From the IMG/VR virus record IMGVR_UViG_2534681697_000019: a stretch of DNA of 6,563 nt, one strand, 5' to 3'. Shown piece by piece: positions 1 through 6,551 of this stretch. The stretch's first letter is position 1. The number at the start of each line of letters is the position of its first letter. The stretch comes from a virus (lineage: Duplodnaviria; Heunggongvirae; Uroviricota; Caudoviricetes). The notes below the pieces were generated by a model, which saw only the letters and a list, made by a program, of their open reading frames with translations, did no database searches and was not told where the DNA came from. Both the position numbers and the translations under genes were made by a program.

Positions 1-228
1 GGGAAGTTTGTTGCTTATGATTATGCAGCATGGCTAAACCCCGGATTTAAATATGCAGCCTATAAAGTCCTGGATGACTACTTCACCGGAGAACTTCAGC
101 ATCGCAACAGATTAAGTGCGCAGCTCAATATGAAGTGTCATGAGTTTGATCAGAAAAAAGATATGGCGAGCTTCTGTGGACAAGGGCTGGCGGCATGGCG
201 CTATACGAAGCCAGTGTTGGTCTCTTAG
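1..228 (+). CDS. 3' portion of a phage gene whose 5' end lies outside the window; possibly KilA-N/antirepressor-like
   Basis: Frame 1 is open from the window edge to TAG at 226-228 (GKFVAYDYAAWLNPGFKYAAYKVLDDYF...). The AAWLNPGF-type motif resembles the conserved A-WLSPEF region I recall from KilA-N domains. Family assignment is from memory only. Confidence 0.35.
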   Translation, partial: GKFVAYDYAAWLNPGFKYAAYKVLDDYFTGELQHRNRLSAQLNMKCHEFDQKKDMASFCGQGLAAWRYTKPVLVS

Positions 229-278
229 ATTCACACCCTGGCTAACCAGCTGCAGATAACGATCCCCGGGCTTCCGGG

Positions 279-536
279 ATGAGTGATCGTGTCATTGAAT
301 GCGCCTCCAGAGCGGGGCGCGACTTCTCAGAGTTCATGAAAGGCGAGAAGGGCATGATGGAAGCATTGGCCTCGGTGGATGAGTTTGGCGAGCAGCTGCG
401 CCTCAACGGCTGTGTCAATCATCACTTTGTTAGCTACATGATGCGGAACTCGATCATGCAGGCATTCATGGACATGGCAAAAGCCGAGAGGAAAGAAGAG
501 CGCCGGCGTAAGCGAGCGGAAGCAAAAGCGAAGTAG
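279..536 (+). CDS. hypothetical small phage protein (85 aa) with a strongly basic Lys/Arg-rich C-terminal tail
   Basis: ATG-initiated ORF with coding-like codon usage, lying between two same-strand phage genes. No family recognised. The preceding RBS is weak. Confidence 0.4.
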   Translation: MSDRVIECASRAGRDFSEFMKGEKGMMEALASVDEFGEQLRLNGCVNHHFVSYMMRNSIMQAFMDMAKAERKEERRRKRAEAKAK

Positions 537-637
537 CCATTACAAAGCCCATCTACGGGTGGGCTTGATAATGGCTTATACCCTACACGGGATAACTTAA
601 CTGATATCCCTTTTAACGGATAAACGGAGCACAAATA

Positions 638-1111
638 ATGGCAAAGCTCACCGACAAACAAGAGCTGTTTGCCCGTGAGTACCTGAAAGATCTGAACGGC
701 ACACAGGCAGCTATCAGGGCGGGCTACAGCGAGAAGACCGCCAATGAGCAGGCATCTCGATTATTAGCAAATGTTAATGTTCAAAAATTCGTTGCTGAAC
801 TTAAATCCGCCCGCGTTGAGCAGACGGGTATAGATGCCGCCTATGTTCTTCGTAGATTGGTTGAAATCGACCAGATGGATGTGCTCGACATTCTCCTGCA
901 AAACGGTGAGCTAAAGCCCATTAAAGACTGGCCTAAGGTATGGCGCACAACGCTATCAGGAATGGATGTCGTGGAGATGGTATCCGCAGATAGCGCCGCA
1001 CTTCTGAAGAAAATCAAATGGCCTGATAAGGTTAAAAACCTTGAGTTGCTTGGGCGTCATGTTTCTGTTCAGGCGTTTAAAGACAACGTCAAAAATGAAG
1101 TGACTGGCTGA
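638..1111 (+). CDS. phage terminase small subunit (Terminase_2/P27-like), native 3' end replaced by the IS
   Basis: GGAG about 7 nt upstream of ATG 638. The N-terminus MAKLTDKQELFAREYLKDLNGTQAAIRAGYSEKTA is the characteristic HTH start of Terminase_2-family small subunits. The stop TGA at 1109-1111 is the first three bases of the IS left inverted repeat, so the true C-terminus is missing. Confidence 0.75.
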   Translation: MAKLTDKQELFAREYLKDLNGTQAAIRAGYSEKTANEQASRLLANVNVQKFVAELKSARVEQTGIDAAYVLRRLVEIDQMDVLDILLQNGELKPIKDWPKVWRTTLSGMDVVEMVSADSAALLKKIKWPDKVKNLELLGRHVSVQAFKDNVKNEVTG

Positions 1112-1172
1112 GGTAGCCTGAGTTTAACGGACACTCCTTCCTGAAATAGAATGGCATCAGAAGGAGCTAATA

Positions 1173-1475
1173 ATGAGCAGAAAAACCCAACGTTACTCTA
1201 AAGAGTTCAAAGCCGAAGCTGTCAGAACGGTTCTTGAAAATCAACTTTCGATCAGTGAAGGCGCTTCCCGATTATCCCTTCCTGAAGGCACTTTAGGACA
1301 ATGGGTTACCGCCGCCAGAAAAGGGCTCGGTACTCCTGGTTCCCGCACGGTGGCTGAACTGGAATCTGAAATTCTGCAACTGCGTAAGGCGTTAAATGAA
1401 GCTCGCCTTGAGCGAGATATATTAAAAAAAGCAACAGCGTATTTTGCACAGGAGTCGCTGAAAAATACGCGTTAA
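1173..1475 (+). CDS. IS3-family transposase OrfA (HTH DNA-binding / leucine-zipper part), IS600-like
   Basis: 100-aa ORF with a GGAG RBS (AGAAGGAGCTAATA-ATG). Sequence is typical IS3-family OrfA with an HTH and a heptad Leu repeat (LESEILQLRKALNEARLERDIL) ending near the slippery site. Confidence 0.9.
   Translation: MSRKTQRYSKEFKAEAVRTVLENQLSISEGASRLSLPEGTLGQWVTAARKGLGTPGSRTVAELESEILQLRKALNEARLERDILKKATAYFAQESLKNTR
1424..1470 (+). other. programmed -1 ribosomal frameshift signal of the IS: A7 slippery run plus downstream stem-loop
   Basis: A_AAA_AAA at 1424-1430, with AAA AAA in the orfA zero frame, followed by G. Six nt downstream, a 9-bp stem GCGTATTTT (1437-1445) pairs with AAAATACGC (1462-1470) around a 16-nt loop. 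Confidence 0.6.
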
Positions 1476-1510
1476 TCGAACAATGGCGACAACAATTTCC
1501 CATTGAAGCG

Positions 1511-2329
1511 ATGTGTCAGGTATTTGGTGTATCCAGGAGCGGTTATTACAACTGGGTACAGCATGAACCCTCAGACAGAAAACAAAGTGATGAGCGGCTA
1601 AAACTGGAGATTAAGGTGGCACATATCCGCACTCGCGAAACATATGGAACCCGGCGGCTCCAGACGGAGCTGGCAGAGAATGGCATCATCGTTGGTCGTG
1701 ACCGACTGGCACGTCTTCGTAAGGAGCTAAGGCTACGCTGTAAGCAGAAACGCAAGTTCAGAGCGACTACGAACCCGAACCACAATCTGCCAGTTGCGCC
1801 AAATCTGCTGAACCAGACGTTCGCTCCTACAGCACCAAATCAGGTCTGGGTGGCGGACCTGACGTATGTTGCCACACAGGAGGGATGGTTGTACCTCGCT
1901 GGCATCAAAGATGTTTATACGTGCGAAATTGTCGGCTACGCCATGGGAGAGCGCATGACAAAAGAGCTGACAGGTAAAGCCCTGTTTATGGCGCTCAGGA
2001 GCCAGCGCCCACCTGCCGGGCTAATCCACCACTCTGATCGAGGTTCACAGTACTGCGCATACGATTACCGGGTCATACAGGAGCAGTTTGGTCTGAAAAC
2101 ATCAATGTCGCGTAAAGGTAACTGTTACGACAACGCTCCGATGGAAAGCTTCTGGGGAACGCTGAAAAATGAGAGCCTGAGCCACTATCGTTTTAATAAC
2201 CGGGATGAAGCCATCTCAGTAATACGGGAATACATTGAGATTTTCTACAATCGTCAGCGTCGTCACTCTCGTCTGGGGAATATCTCCCCGGCAGCCTTCA
2301 GGGAAAAATATCATCAGATGGCTGCTTAA
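1511..2329 (+). CDS. IS3-family transposase OrfB (DDE catalytic domain), expressed as an OrfAB fusion by -1 frameshifting
   Basis: 272-aa ORF in the -1 frame relative to orfA. That frame is open from the slippery site at 1427 through 1511 (…KSNSVFCTGVAEKYALIEQWRQQFPIEAMCQVFGVSRSGYY). DDE-type motifs are visible (WVADLTY, HHSDRGSQY, NAPMESFW). Confidence 0.9.
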   Translation: MCQVFGVSRSGYYNWVQHEPSDRKQSDERLKLEIKVAHIRTRETYGTRRLQTELAENGIIVGRDRLARLRKELRLRCKQKRKFRATTNPNHNLPVAPNLLNQTFAPTAPNQVWVADLTYVATQEGWLYLAGIKDVYTCEIVGYAMGERMTKELTGKALFMALRSQRPPAGLIHHSDRGSQYCAYDYRVIQEQFGLKTSMSRKGNCYDNAPMESFWGTLKNESLSHYRFNNRDEAISVIREYIEIFYNRQRRHSRLGNISPAAFREKYHQMAA

Positions 2330-2353
2330 AAAAAGAACAAATGGTAGTGTCCG

Positions 2354-2920
2354 CTATTGCCAGTACACCTCAGCTTCATCAATAATCAGAAGGGGGTTAA
2401 CACGGCCACTGGTTTCTTTACCACCACCCAGTTTTCTGCGAATGGCGCGGGTTACATTCCCCTTATTTCTTCCCGGATTATTAATTTCCAGCGCATATGC
2501 TATTTCAAGGAGGCATTCCGTTACGCTCGAATGTGCCGGAGCAAGAGTCACCATCCAGGCATTAGCTGTCCTGCGACAATATTCCCGGGCAGCAAAGGTT
2601 TTTCCGACACCCGGTACGCCAACAACGACACTGATAATCCCGAGTGAGCGCACTGTTTTAAACAGCTCATGCAAATCACAAAATGTCTGGGTCTTCACAA
2701 CACCAGGGGTACCTGACAAGTTCTGTCCCTTCTGCCAGACCTGATACCATTTCTGTAATTTGTCATGCATACCTTCGACATTACCGTTGTACTCTCCTTT
2801 ACGCAGAGCCGAGAGTGTTGCCGGAGACATTCCGGCTTCATCAGCAATATCTTCCTGAGACTTGTCGCCCTCGTTAATCAAAGCGTTAATAGTGTTGAAA
2901 ACATCATCAATATCAGTCAT
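2354..2920 (-). pseudogene. Mu B-like AAA+ transposition ATPase, truncated by the IS insertion (about 184 native residues plus 4 IS-derived codons)
   Basis: GAGG RBS 7 nt before ATG 2920. Walker A GVPGVGKT is present, and the product aligns with Mu B as I recall it (YNGNVEGMHDKLQKW against YNGDNERVSQMLQRW; ...LLIIDEA against ...LVIIDEAD). The reading frame enters the IS right end within the Walker B motif and stops at 2354-2356. No C-terminal continuation exists on the other side of the IS. Confidence 0.8.
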
Positions 2921-2964
2921 AGTATTTCCTCGGTTATTTCAAATCAGCTTTGTTTCCTTTATTT

Positions 2965-2993
2965 AACAGTCCGTTCCCGCGGACTGTTTTTTT
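2965..2993. terminator. hairpin in the A-B intergenic spacer; intrinsic-terminator-like on the + (antisense) strand
   Basis: 9-bp stem AACAGTCCG (2965-2973) pairs with CGGACTGTT (2980-2988) around a 6-nt loop, followed on the + strand by a T7 run (2987-2993). On the coding (-) strand the hairpin is followed only by the A/U-rich stretch UUAAAUAAAGG. Confidence 0.35.
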
Positions 2994-2995
2994 AT

Positions 2996-5080
2996 TCAGG
3001 CCAGCGGATCATCTTCTTCCTGCATGGCAAAAAGTTTTTGCATCCCCAGCCGGAAATCGCGTTCAAATTCTTCGTCATGCTCTTCTTCATATTCCGGTTG
3101 CTGAACTGCCACCACATTACCAACCGGGCGATAAACATTACTCAGCCAGGGTTCAGCCTGTTTGTGTTCCAGAATCTGAATACCTTCATCTTCAGCATCA
3201 CGAATTTTTTCCTCAGCGCGTTTGCGCATTCCTTTAATACGCTGCTGTTGTTTGTGATATTCAGCACTGACAGCAAAGGCTGCGCGTTTATTGCCGTTCC
3301 ATATCGCCTCACAGATAAAGCTGCCGTCCTTGCGACGTACCGTAATTCGCTCGGCGTCATGAATGTCATAACTGATAAGCACTTTGCGACCGTGTTCGTC
3401 ACGCAACTCCGGCGCGTAGTAAATATTGTTCAGCCACTGAATTTCGCAGCGTCTTACCGGTCGTTCCACCATTGGGCGGAACATGTCGCGCAGCTCAAGA
3501 TCACTCAGCCACTCAATTTCGGTGTCTTCTTCTGCCAGGCGTTTTTTTCTGAACTCTGCCGGGCTGTAATGCCGTCCGTTCGGTTTCATCGGCAGCTCAG
3601 AATGCGGGCGGTTGTTGTACCATTCCACGCCTTCACGAATAGCCTCAATAAGCTCCGCCCACGATGGCAGCTCGCGCATTGCCGCTTTCTGGCGGTCGTT
3701 CAGAGGCTTGTCCTGTTGCAGGGAGTTAAACGCTGAACGCAGATCACGGTTAAGTACACGCAACGATTCCCGGTCAGCACCCTTGCCAAAATAGGTGCGA
3801 TACCTCCTGGCTATACGCATCGGCAGTGTCCGGTTCAGGCGTTCAATAATGCCGCGTCCCTGTGGATTACCGGCAATACCGGTAGGGTGTTTAATCCCCA
3901 GGCGTGGCAGAATACCCACGACCTCTTTGTCCAGCATGTCAGCCGTTTCACCGGAACCGTTATCCGAGTAATACAGGAACGGTTTTCCGTGGTTGCGAAT
4001 GCCGTGCTGTATCGCACCGGCAACGGCGAACACGTTTTCGGCAAGGTCAAGACTCCAGCCAACAACAAACCGTGTTCCACCATCGATCACAAACGTGACT
4101 TCCGGTGAGAATGGACGCCCGTGGATCGGATGCGCACATTTCAGCTTCATACCGTGACCGTCACCAATCCAGACATAATTCACCGGCATAGCTGTCCAGT
4201 CGCGGCGGGTGAATCCTTCAAGCTGACGGTATTCACTGCCGGTAACGCGCCCTTTTTGTTTCACCACTTCCGGCAGTTTTTTCATGGCATACCGGACAAC
4301 ATCATAGGAAGGCATCACCTCCAGCATGTACGGTTCGTCCGCATGGCGACGCTGCCATTCTGCGACAAAATCCTCGTAGGCTTCTGACATGGGTCTGCCG
4401 TTCACCTAGCGATACTGCGCCAGAAATTCAGGCAGCCAGCTGATTTCTTCCGGTTTTATTTCGTCGCGTTTTCCCGGTGCCAGTAACAGCAGCCGTTCGG
4501 CGGCGTTCTGCGACTGGTTGTATTTCAGAACCCACTGGTAAAGTGGATCGCGGCTGATAGTACGATTAGCGCCACGTTTTGCATTGGCGTTAACTGCGGC
4601 CTGTTGCAGGCGCTCCGGCAGCTCACCTTTACGGGCTTTTTCAACAAGAAAGTTAATGGCTTTCAGTCGCCCGAGGTTACCGGCGCTTTCCAGCTTCAGC
4701 ACTTCCACCACCAGCGCAGCCCTTGCTTCAGATACCCGACGCTGGTTTTCGGTCAGCGCATTCAGGCGTTCTTCCATCAGTTGTGGCGAACCGCGATATG
4801 CTTCGATTGCCTGGACAGCATCAGGATTGCGTGTTTTTCTGGTAACAGCTTTCACTTCAGAAACATTGTTCTCTGTAGCCACCAACTGTGCCACATAGCG
4901 TTCACGCAGTGCCTTTTGAATAACAATAGGTAAAGAGTTTATTTCGCACTCAACAACACGTCCCTTAACCCCAGCTTTAAGACGTGTCTGCCATGACTCT
5001 TTTTTAGCTTTCTTATGCAAACCCGCAAGTGAACTAGGTAATCCACAAAATGAAGCTAATTCAGTCATTGGAACCCACAT
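2996..5080 (-). pseudogene. Mu A-like DDE transposase, interrupted by a single in-frame TAG at 4406-4408
   Basis: GGAGG RBS 4 nt before ATG 5080. N-terminus MWVPMTELASFCGLPSSLAGLHKKAKKESWQTRLKAGVKGR matches the Mu A enhancer-binding winged-helix domain as I recall it. DDE-like motifs follow the break (VWIGDGHG, YYSDNGSG, GRGIIERLN), and the C-terminal region resembles Mu A (HDAERITVRRKDGSFICEA). One frame is continuous except for the TAG (…LAQYR-TAG-VNGRPMSEAYEDF…), giving a 224-codon N-terminal segment (4409-5080) and a 469-codon C-terminal segment (2996-4405). Confidence 0.85.
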
Positions 5081-5315
5081 TTTTCCTCCGTGAGCGACGT
5101 TCATATCTGGTTGGCCAAATAACCTCTGGTTGAACTCCAATAGCTTGCGCAATAATCCCTTCTCCCTTTAAATAGGGGACTCGCAAAGTATTACCTAACG
5201 TTCTTGGCCTTAAATTATTTTCTCTCGATAAGCGAGACAAATTAGTACCACGCTTCTCAAGCTCAGCCTTGATATCAGCGGAATCCCAATCCTCACCTAA
5301 AATCACGATTAACAC
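5061..5315 (-). CDS. Ner-like DNA-binding regulator of a Mu-like phage
   Basis: Product aligns with Mu Ner as I recall it (EDWDSADIKAELEKRGTNLSRLSR...LKGEGIIAQAIGVQPEVIWPTRYE against RDWHRADVIAGLKKRKLSLSALSR...PKGEQIIANALETKPEVIWPSRYQ). There is no in-frame ATG; the start is GTG at 5315 or GTG at 5306. The gene's 3' end overlaps the transposase start by about 20 nt. Confidence 0.75.
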   Translation of the reverse strand: MLIVILGEDWDSADIKAELEKRGTNLSRLSRENNLRPRTLGNTLRVPYLKGEGIIAQAIGVQPEVIWPTRYERRSRRKNVGSND

Positions 5316-5446
5316 CCCACGCGCTTTCTATGGCAAACTCTATGACTCATGCGTGTAACTCACGAGAGTTACTCAACTGTGTGTGGTTGGAATATTAGAT
5401 ATTAACTAAGTAAATATCAACTGGTTAATTTCATTGGGAGGTTGAT
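5316..5446. promoter_or_regulatory. divergent early/repressor promoter-operator region of the Mu-like element
   Basis: On the - strand: -35 TTGATA (+ coordinates 5415-5420), 17-nt spacer, -10 TAATAT (5392-5397), directed toward ner-A-B. On the + strand: -35 TTGGAA (5387-5392), 18-nt spacer, -10 TAAATA (5411-5416), directed toward the repressor gene. Downstream of the leftward promoter lie three 13-bp-spaced TNACTCA repeats (5343, 5356, 5369) and an 18-bp palindrome GTAACTC-ACGA-GAGTTAC (5355-5372). Promoter and operator roles are inferred from position and pattern only. Confidence 0.45.
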
Positions 5447-5953
5447 ATGATCCAAGATCAAGAATGGGTGCCTGCTAGTGAACTCCTCGGTGTTGGCGGT
5501 TTACCCACATCCCTTGCAGGACTCCATAAGCGAGCAAGAAATGAGGGGTGGGAAAAACGTTCAGTTACAACACCCGGAGTTAGAGGAAGGGCCTTTGCGT
5601 ACCGATTGCAAGACTTGCCTGAACACGTCGCTGCAATTGTTAGCGGTCAGTTGCAAACAGCAACCAAACCATCAAACAAGGCCTCAAAAGCTAATGAGTT
5701 AATGAAAATAATGGATTCTCTAAGCGAACAAGAAAAAGAGATCGTGATCCATACGCTCAAACGAAAAGGTGTTGAAAAGTTGCTCGAATTTTGCAGCCAA
5801 GAAAACCAAGAGTTGATTAGTTTAACGGGTATTCGAAGATTAGCTGCTTTAAGCCTAAATAACCTGTCAGAACAAAAGGTTAGAGAGATTTTGGCGGGAA
5901 ATGAAGCTGAGGCCGATCTCATCCAACTAACCAACAAGGCAGTTAGCATATAA
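5447..5953 (+). CDS. Mu c-like phage repressor
   Basis: GGGAGG RBS 5 nt upstream of ATG 5447. The N-terminal domain EWVPASELLGVGGLPTSLAGLHKRARNEGWEKR...GVRGR is visibly paralogous to the transposase N-terminus encoded at 5080 (WVPMTELASFCGLPSSLAGLHKKAKKESWQTR...GVKGR), the arrangement known for Mu repressor and Mu A. It is transcribed divergently from ner-A-B, toward the prophage end. Confidence 0.8.
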   Translation: MIQDQEWVPASELLGVGGLPTSLAGLHKRARNEGWEKRSVTTPGVRGRAFAYRLQDLPEHVAAIVSGQLQTATKPSNKASKANELMKIMDSLSEQEKEIVIHTLKRKGVEKLLEFCSQENQELISLTGIRRLAALSLNNLSEQKVREILAGNEAEADLIQLTNKAVSI

Positions 5954-6047
5954 TCAGCTAGCTGTGCTTAACTTACTTGGTCCATTTCTACAACTTCTGA
6001 TAAGCTAGTTTTAAAAGCCTTTAAAAGGTCAAAATAAACAAGACGCT

Positions 6048-6180
6048 TTATCTTGAATGTTTTATTGTTCTGAACAAACTAAACGGCCCTTGCCCATTTT
6101 ATCTTGAATACAACTAGTAGCTAAGTTATTGAATCCAACCAAATCCCGTCTTTTTTAATCTCTTCCCGGTTATCTTGAAT
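6048..6180. repeat. three direct copies of TTATCTTGAAT: candidate transposase-binding sites at the Mu-like left end
   Basis: Exact 11-mers at 6048-6058, 6099-6109 and 6170-6180, with conserved flanks (cTTTATCTTGAATg, tTTTATCTTGAATa, gGTTATCTTGAATa), plus a degenerate copy GTTATTGAAT at 6125-6134. They lie 14-146 bp inside the inferred terminus, comparable to the L1-L3 layout of Mu attL. Confidence 0.55.
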
Positions 6181-6197
6181 AAATTACCTAGTCATAG

Positions 6198-6461
6198 GAT
6201 CTACATTTTCTCGCAAGTCGAATGGATACCTCAAAGCTGGATTTGATTCTGGTCGAAGGGTTTAAGCATGAAGAGATCGCAAAGATTGTGCTGTTTCGCG
6301 ATGGAGCCGGACATCGACCGGAAGAATTAGTGATAGACAGACATGTTATTGCTGTAGCCAGTGATGTGTCACTTAATCTTGATGTCGCGTTACTGGATAT
6401 TAATGATGTTGGGGGGCTGGCTGATTTTGTGGTGGAGTGGATGCAAAATCAGGACGGATAA
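6198..6461 (+). pseudogene. mobB: 3' fragment of molybdopterin-guanine dinucleotide biosynthesis protein B gene, 5' part removed by the prophage insertion
   Basis: Translation DLHFLASRMDTSKLDLILVEGFKHEEIAKIVLFRDGAGHRPEELVIDRHVIAVASDV...DFVVEWMQNQDG matches the C-terminal half of E. coli MobB as I recall it. The P-loop N-terminal half is absent, and homology stops at about 6198 where the Mu-like end begins. Stop codon TAA at 6459-6461. Confidence 0.8.
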
Positions 6462-6525
6462 GCAAGAGTAGGCTGGATCAGACGCAGCCAGCGTCGCATC
6501 CGACCTTTTTCTGCACCAGCGCAAA

Positions 6526-6551
6526 AAGGCCCAGTCTTCCGACTGGGCCTT
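6526..6551 (-). terminator. GC-rich hairpin intrinsic terminator, probably bidirectional
   Basis: 11-bp stem AAGGCCCAGTC (6526-6536) pairs with GACTGGGCCTT (6541-6551) around a 4-nt loop TTCC. On the - strand the stem is followed by TTTGCGC, giving a T5 run with the stem end. On the + strand it lies about 65 nt after the mobB stop and is followed by the less U-rich CTGCTTAATTT. Confidence 0.6.

Larger units (their letters stand above)
1109..2372 (+). mobile_element. IS3-family insertion sequence, IS600-like, 1264 bp, complete
   Basis: Left end TGAGGTAGCCTGAGTTTAACGGACACTCC at 1109 and right end ...AGTGTCCGCTATTGCCAGTACACCTCA at 2372 form imperfect TG...CA terminal inverted repeats (about 19 of 29 positions match). 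It contains orfA and a -1-frame orfB. The 1264-bp length and the OrfA sequence MSRKTQRYSKEFKAEAVRTVLENQ match my recollection of IS600. The 3-bp flanks (GGC left, GCT right) are not an identical duplication. Confidence 0.85.
2373..6194 (-). mobile_element. Mu-like transposable prophage remnant: left end plus early region (c, ner, A, truncated B)
   Basis: Gene order and orientation match the Mu left end (attL - c, then divergent ner-A-B). The inner boundary is the IS at 2372/2373. The outer boundary is inferred at ...CCTAGTCA (6187-6194), where mobB homology resumes at about 6198; on the prophage strand this end reads 5'-TG. The exact terminus is uncertain by a few bp. Confidence 0.7.

Noticed and set aside
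545-614. Two short hairpins between ORF 279-536 and the terminase gene (stems 545-551/560-566 and 589-594/605-610, the latter followed by TTTT)
   Set aside because: Stems are only 6-7 bp and the U-tract is short; too weak to call a terminator without transcript data.
434-661. - strand 75-aa ORF
   Set aside because: Overlaps the 3' end of ORF 279-536 and the terminase start on the opposite strand; no supporting features.
1306-1785. - strand ORFs 1306-1503 and 1546-1785 inside the IS
   Set aside because: Antisense to orfA and orfB of the IS3-family element.
2235-2744. + strand ORFs 2235-2744 and 2357-2647, including a hypothetical read-through of the terminase frame across the IS
   Set aside because: Antisense to the Mu B-like gene, whose Walker A motif and RBS are clear on the - strand. 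The apparent continuation of the terminase frame after the IS is chance openness of the antisense frame.
2765-3736. 323-aa + strand ORF
   Set aside because: Lies entirely antisense to the well-supported Mu A-like transposase frame. Low-complexity, Phe/Leu-rich translation, no RBS, no recognisable family.
3142-4387. Assorted 60-95-aa ORFs in alternative frames inside the transposase (3142-3402, 3612-3794, 3835-4083, 3887-4108, 3904-4098, 4121-4387, and also 2950-3237 and 2683-2877 nearby)
   Set aside because: All are embedded in or antisense to the A-like and B-like genes and lack RBSs or family resemblance.
4584-4933. + strand ORFs 4584-4898 and 4604-4933
   Set aside because: Antisense to the transposase N-terminal segment. 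Ser/Ala/Arg-rich with no start context.
5478-5949. ORFs 5478-5702 (+) and 5647-5949 (-)
   Set aside because: Alternative-frame or antisense overlaps of the c-like repressor gene, which has a strong RBS and clear homology.
5955-5964. Perfect 10-bp palindrome CAGCTAGCTG just after the repressor stop codon, and tandem TTAAAAG at 6011-6027
   Set aside because: Short and AT-rich or simple; could be a protein site (for example IHF-like) but nothing in the sequence distinguishes that from chance.
6048-6180. Possible CRISPR array suggested by the repeated 11-mers
   Set aside because: Repeats are only 11 bp, unevenly spaced (51 and 71 bp), three in number, and sit at a transposon terminus; they fit transposase-binding sites, not CRISPR repeats.
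6222-6461. ATG 6222 as the true start of a 79-aa MobB-like protein
   Set aside because: MobB-like translation continues in frame upstream to about 6198, and the P-loop N-terminal half is missing, so this is an internal Met of a truncated gene.
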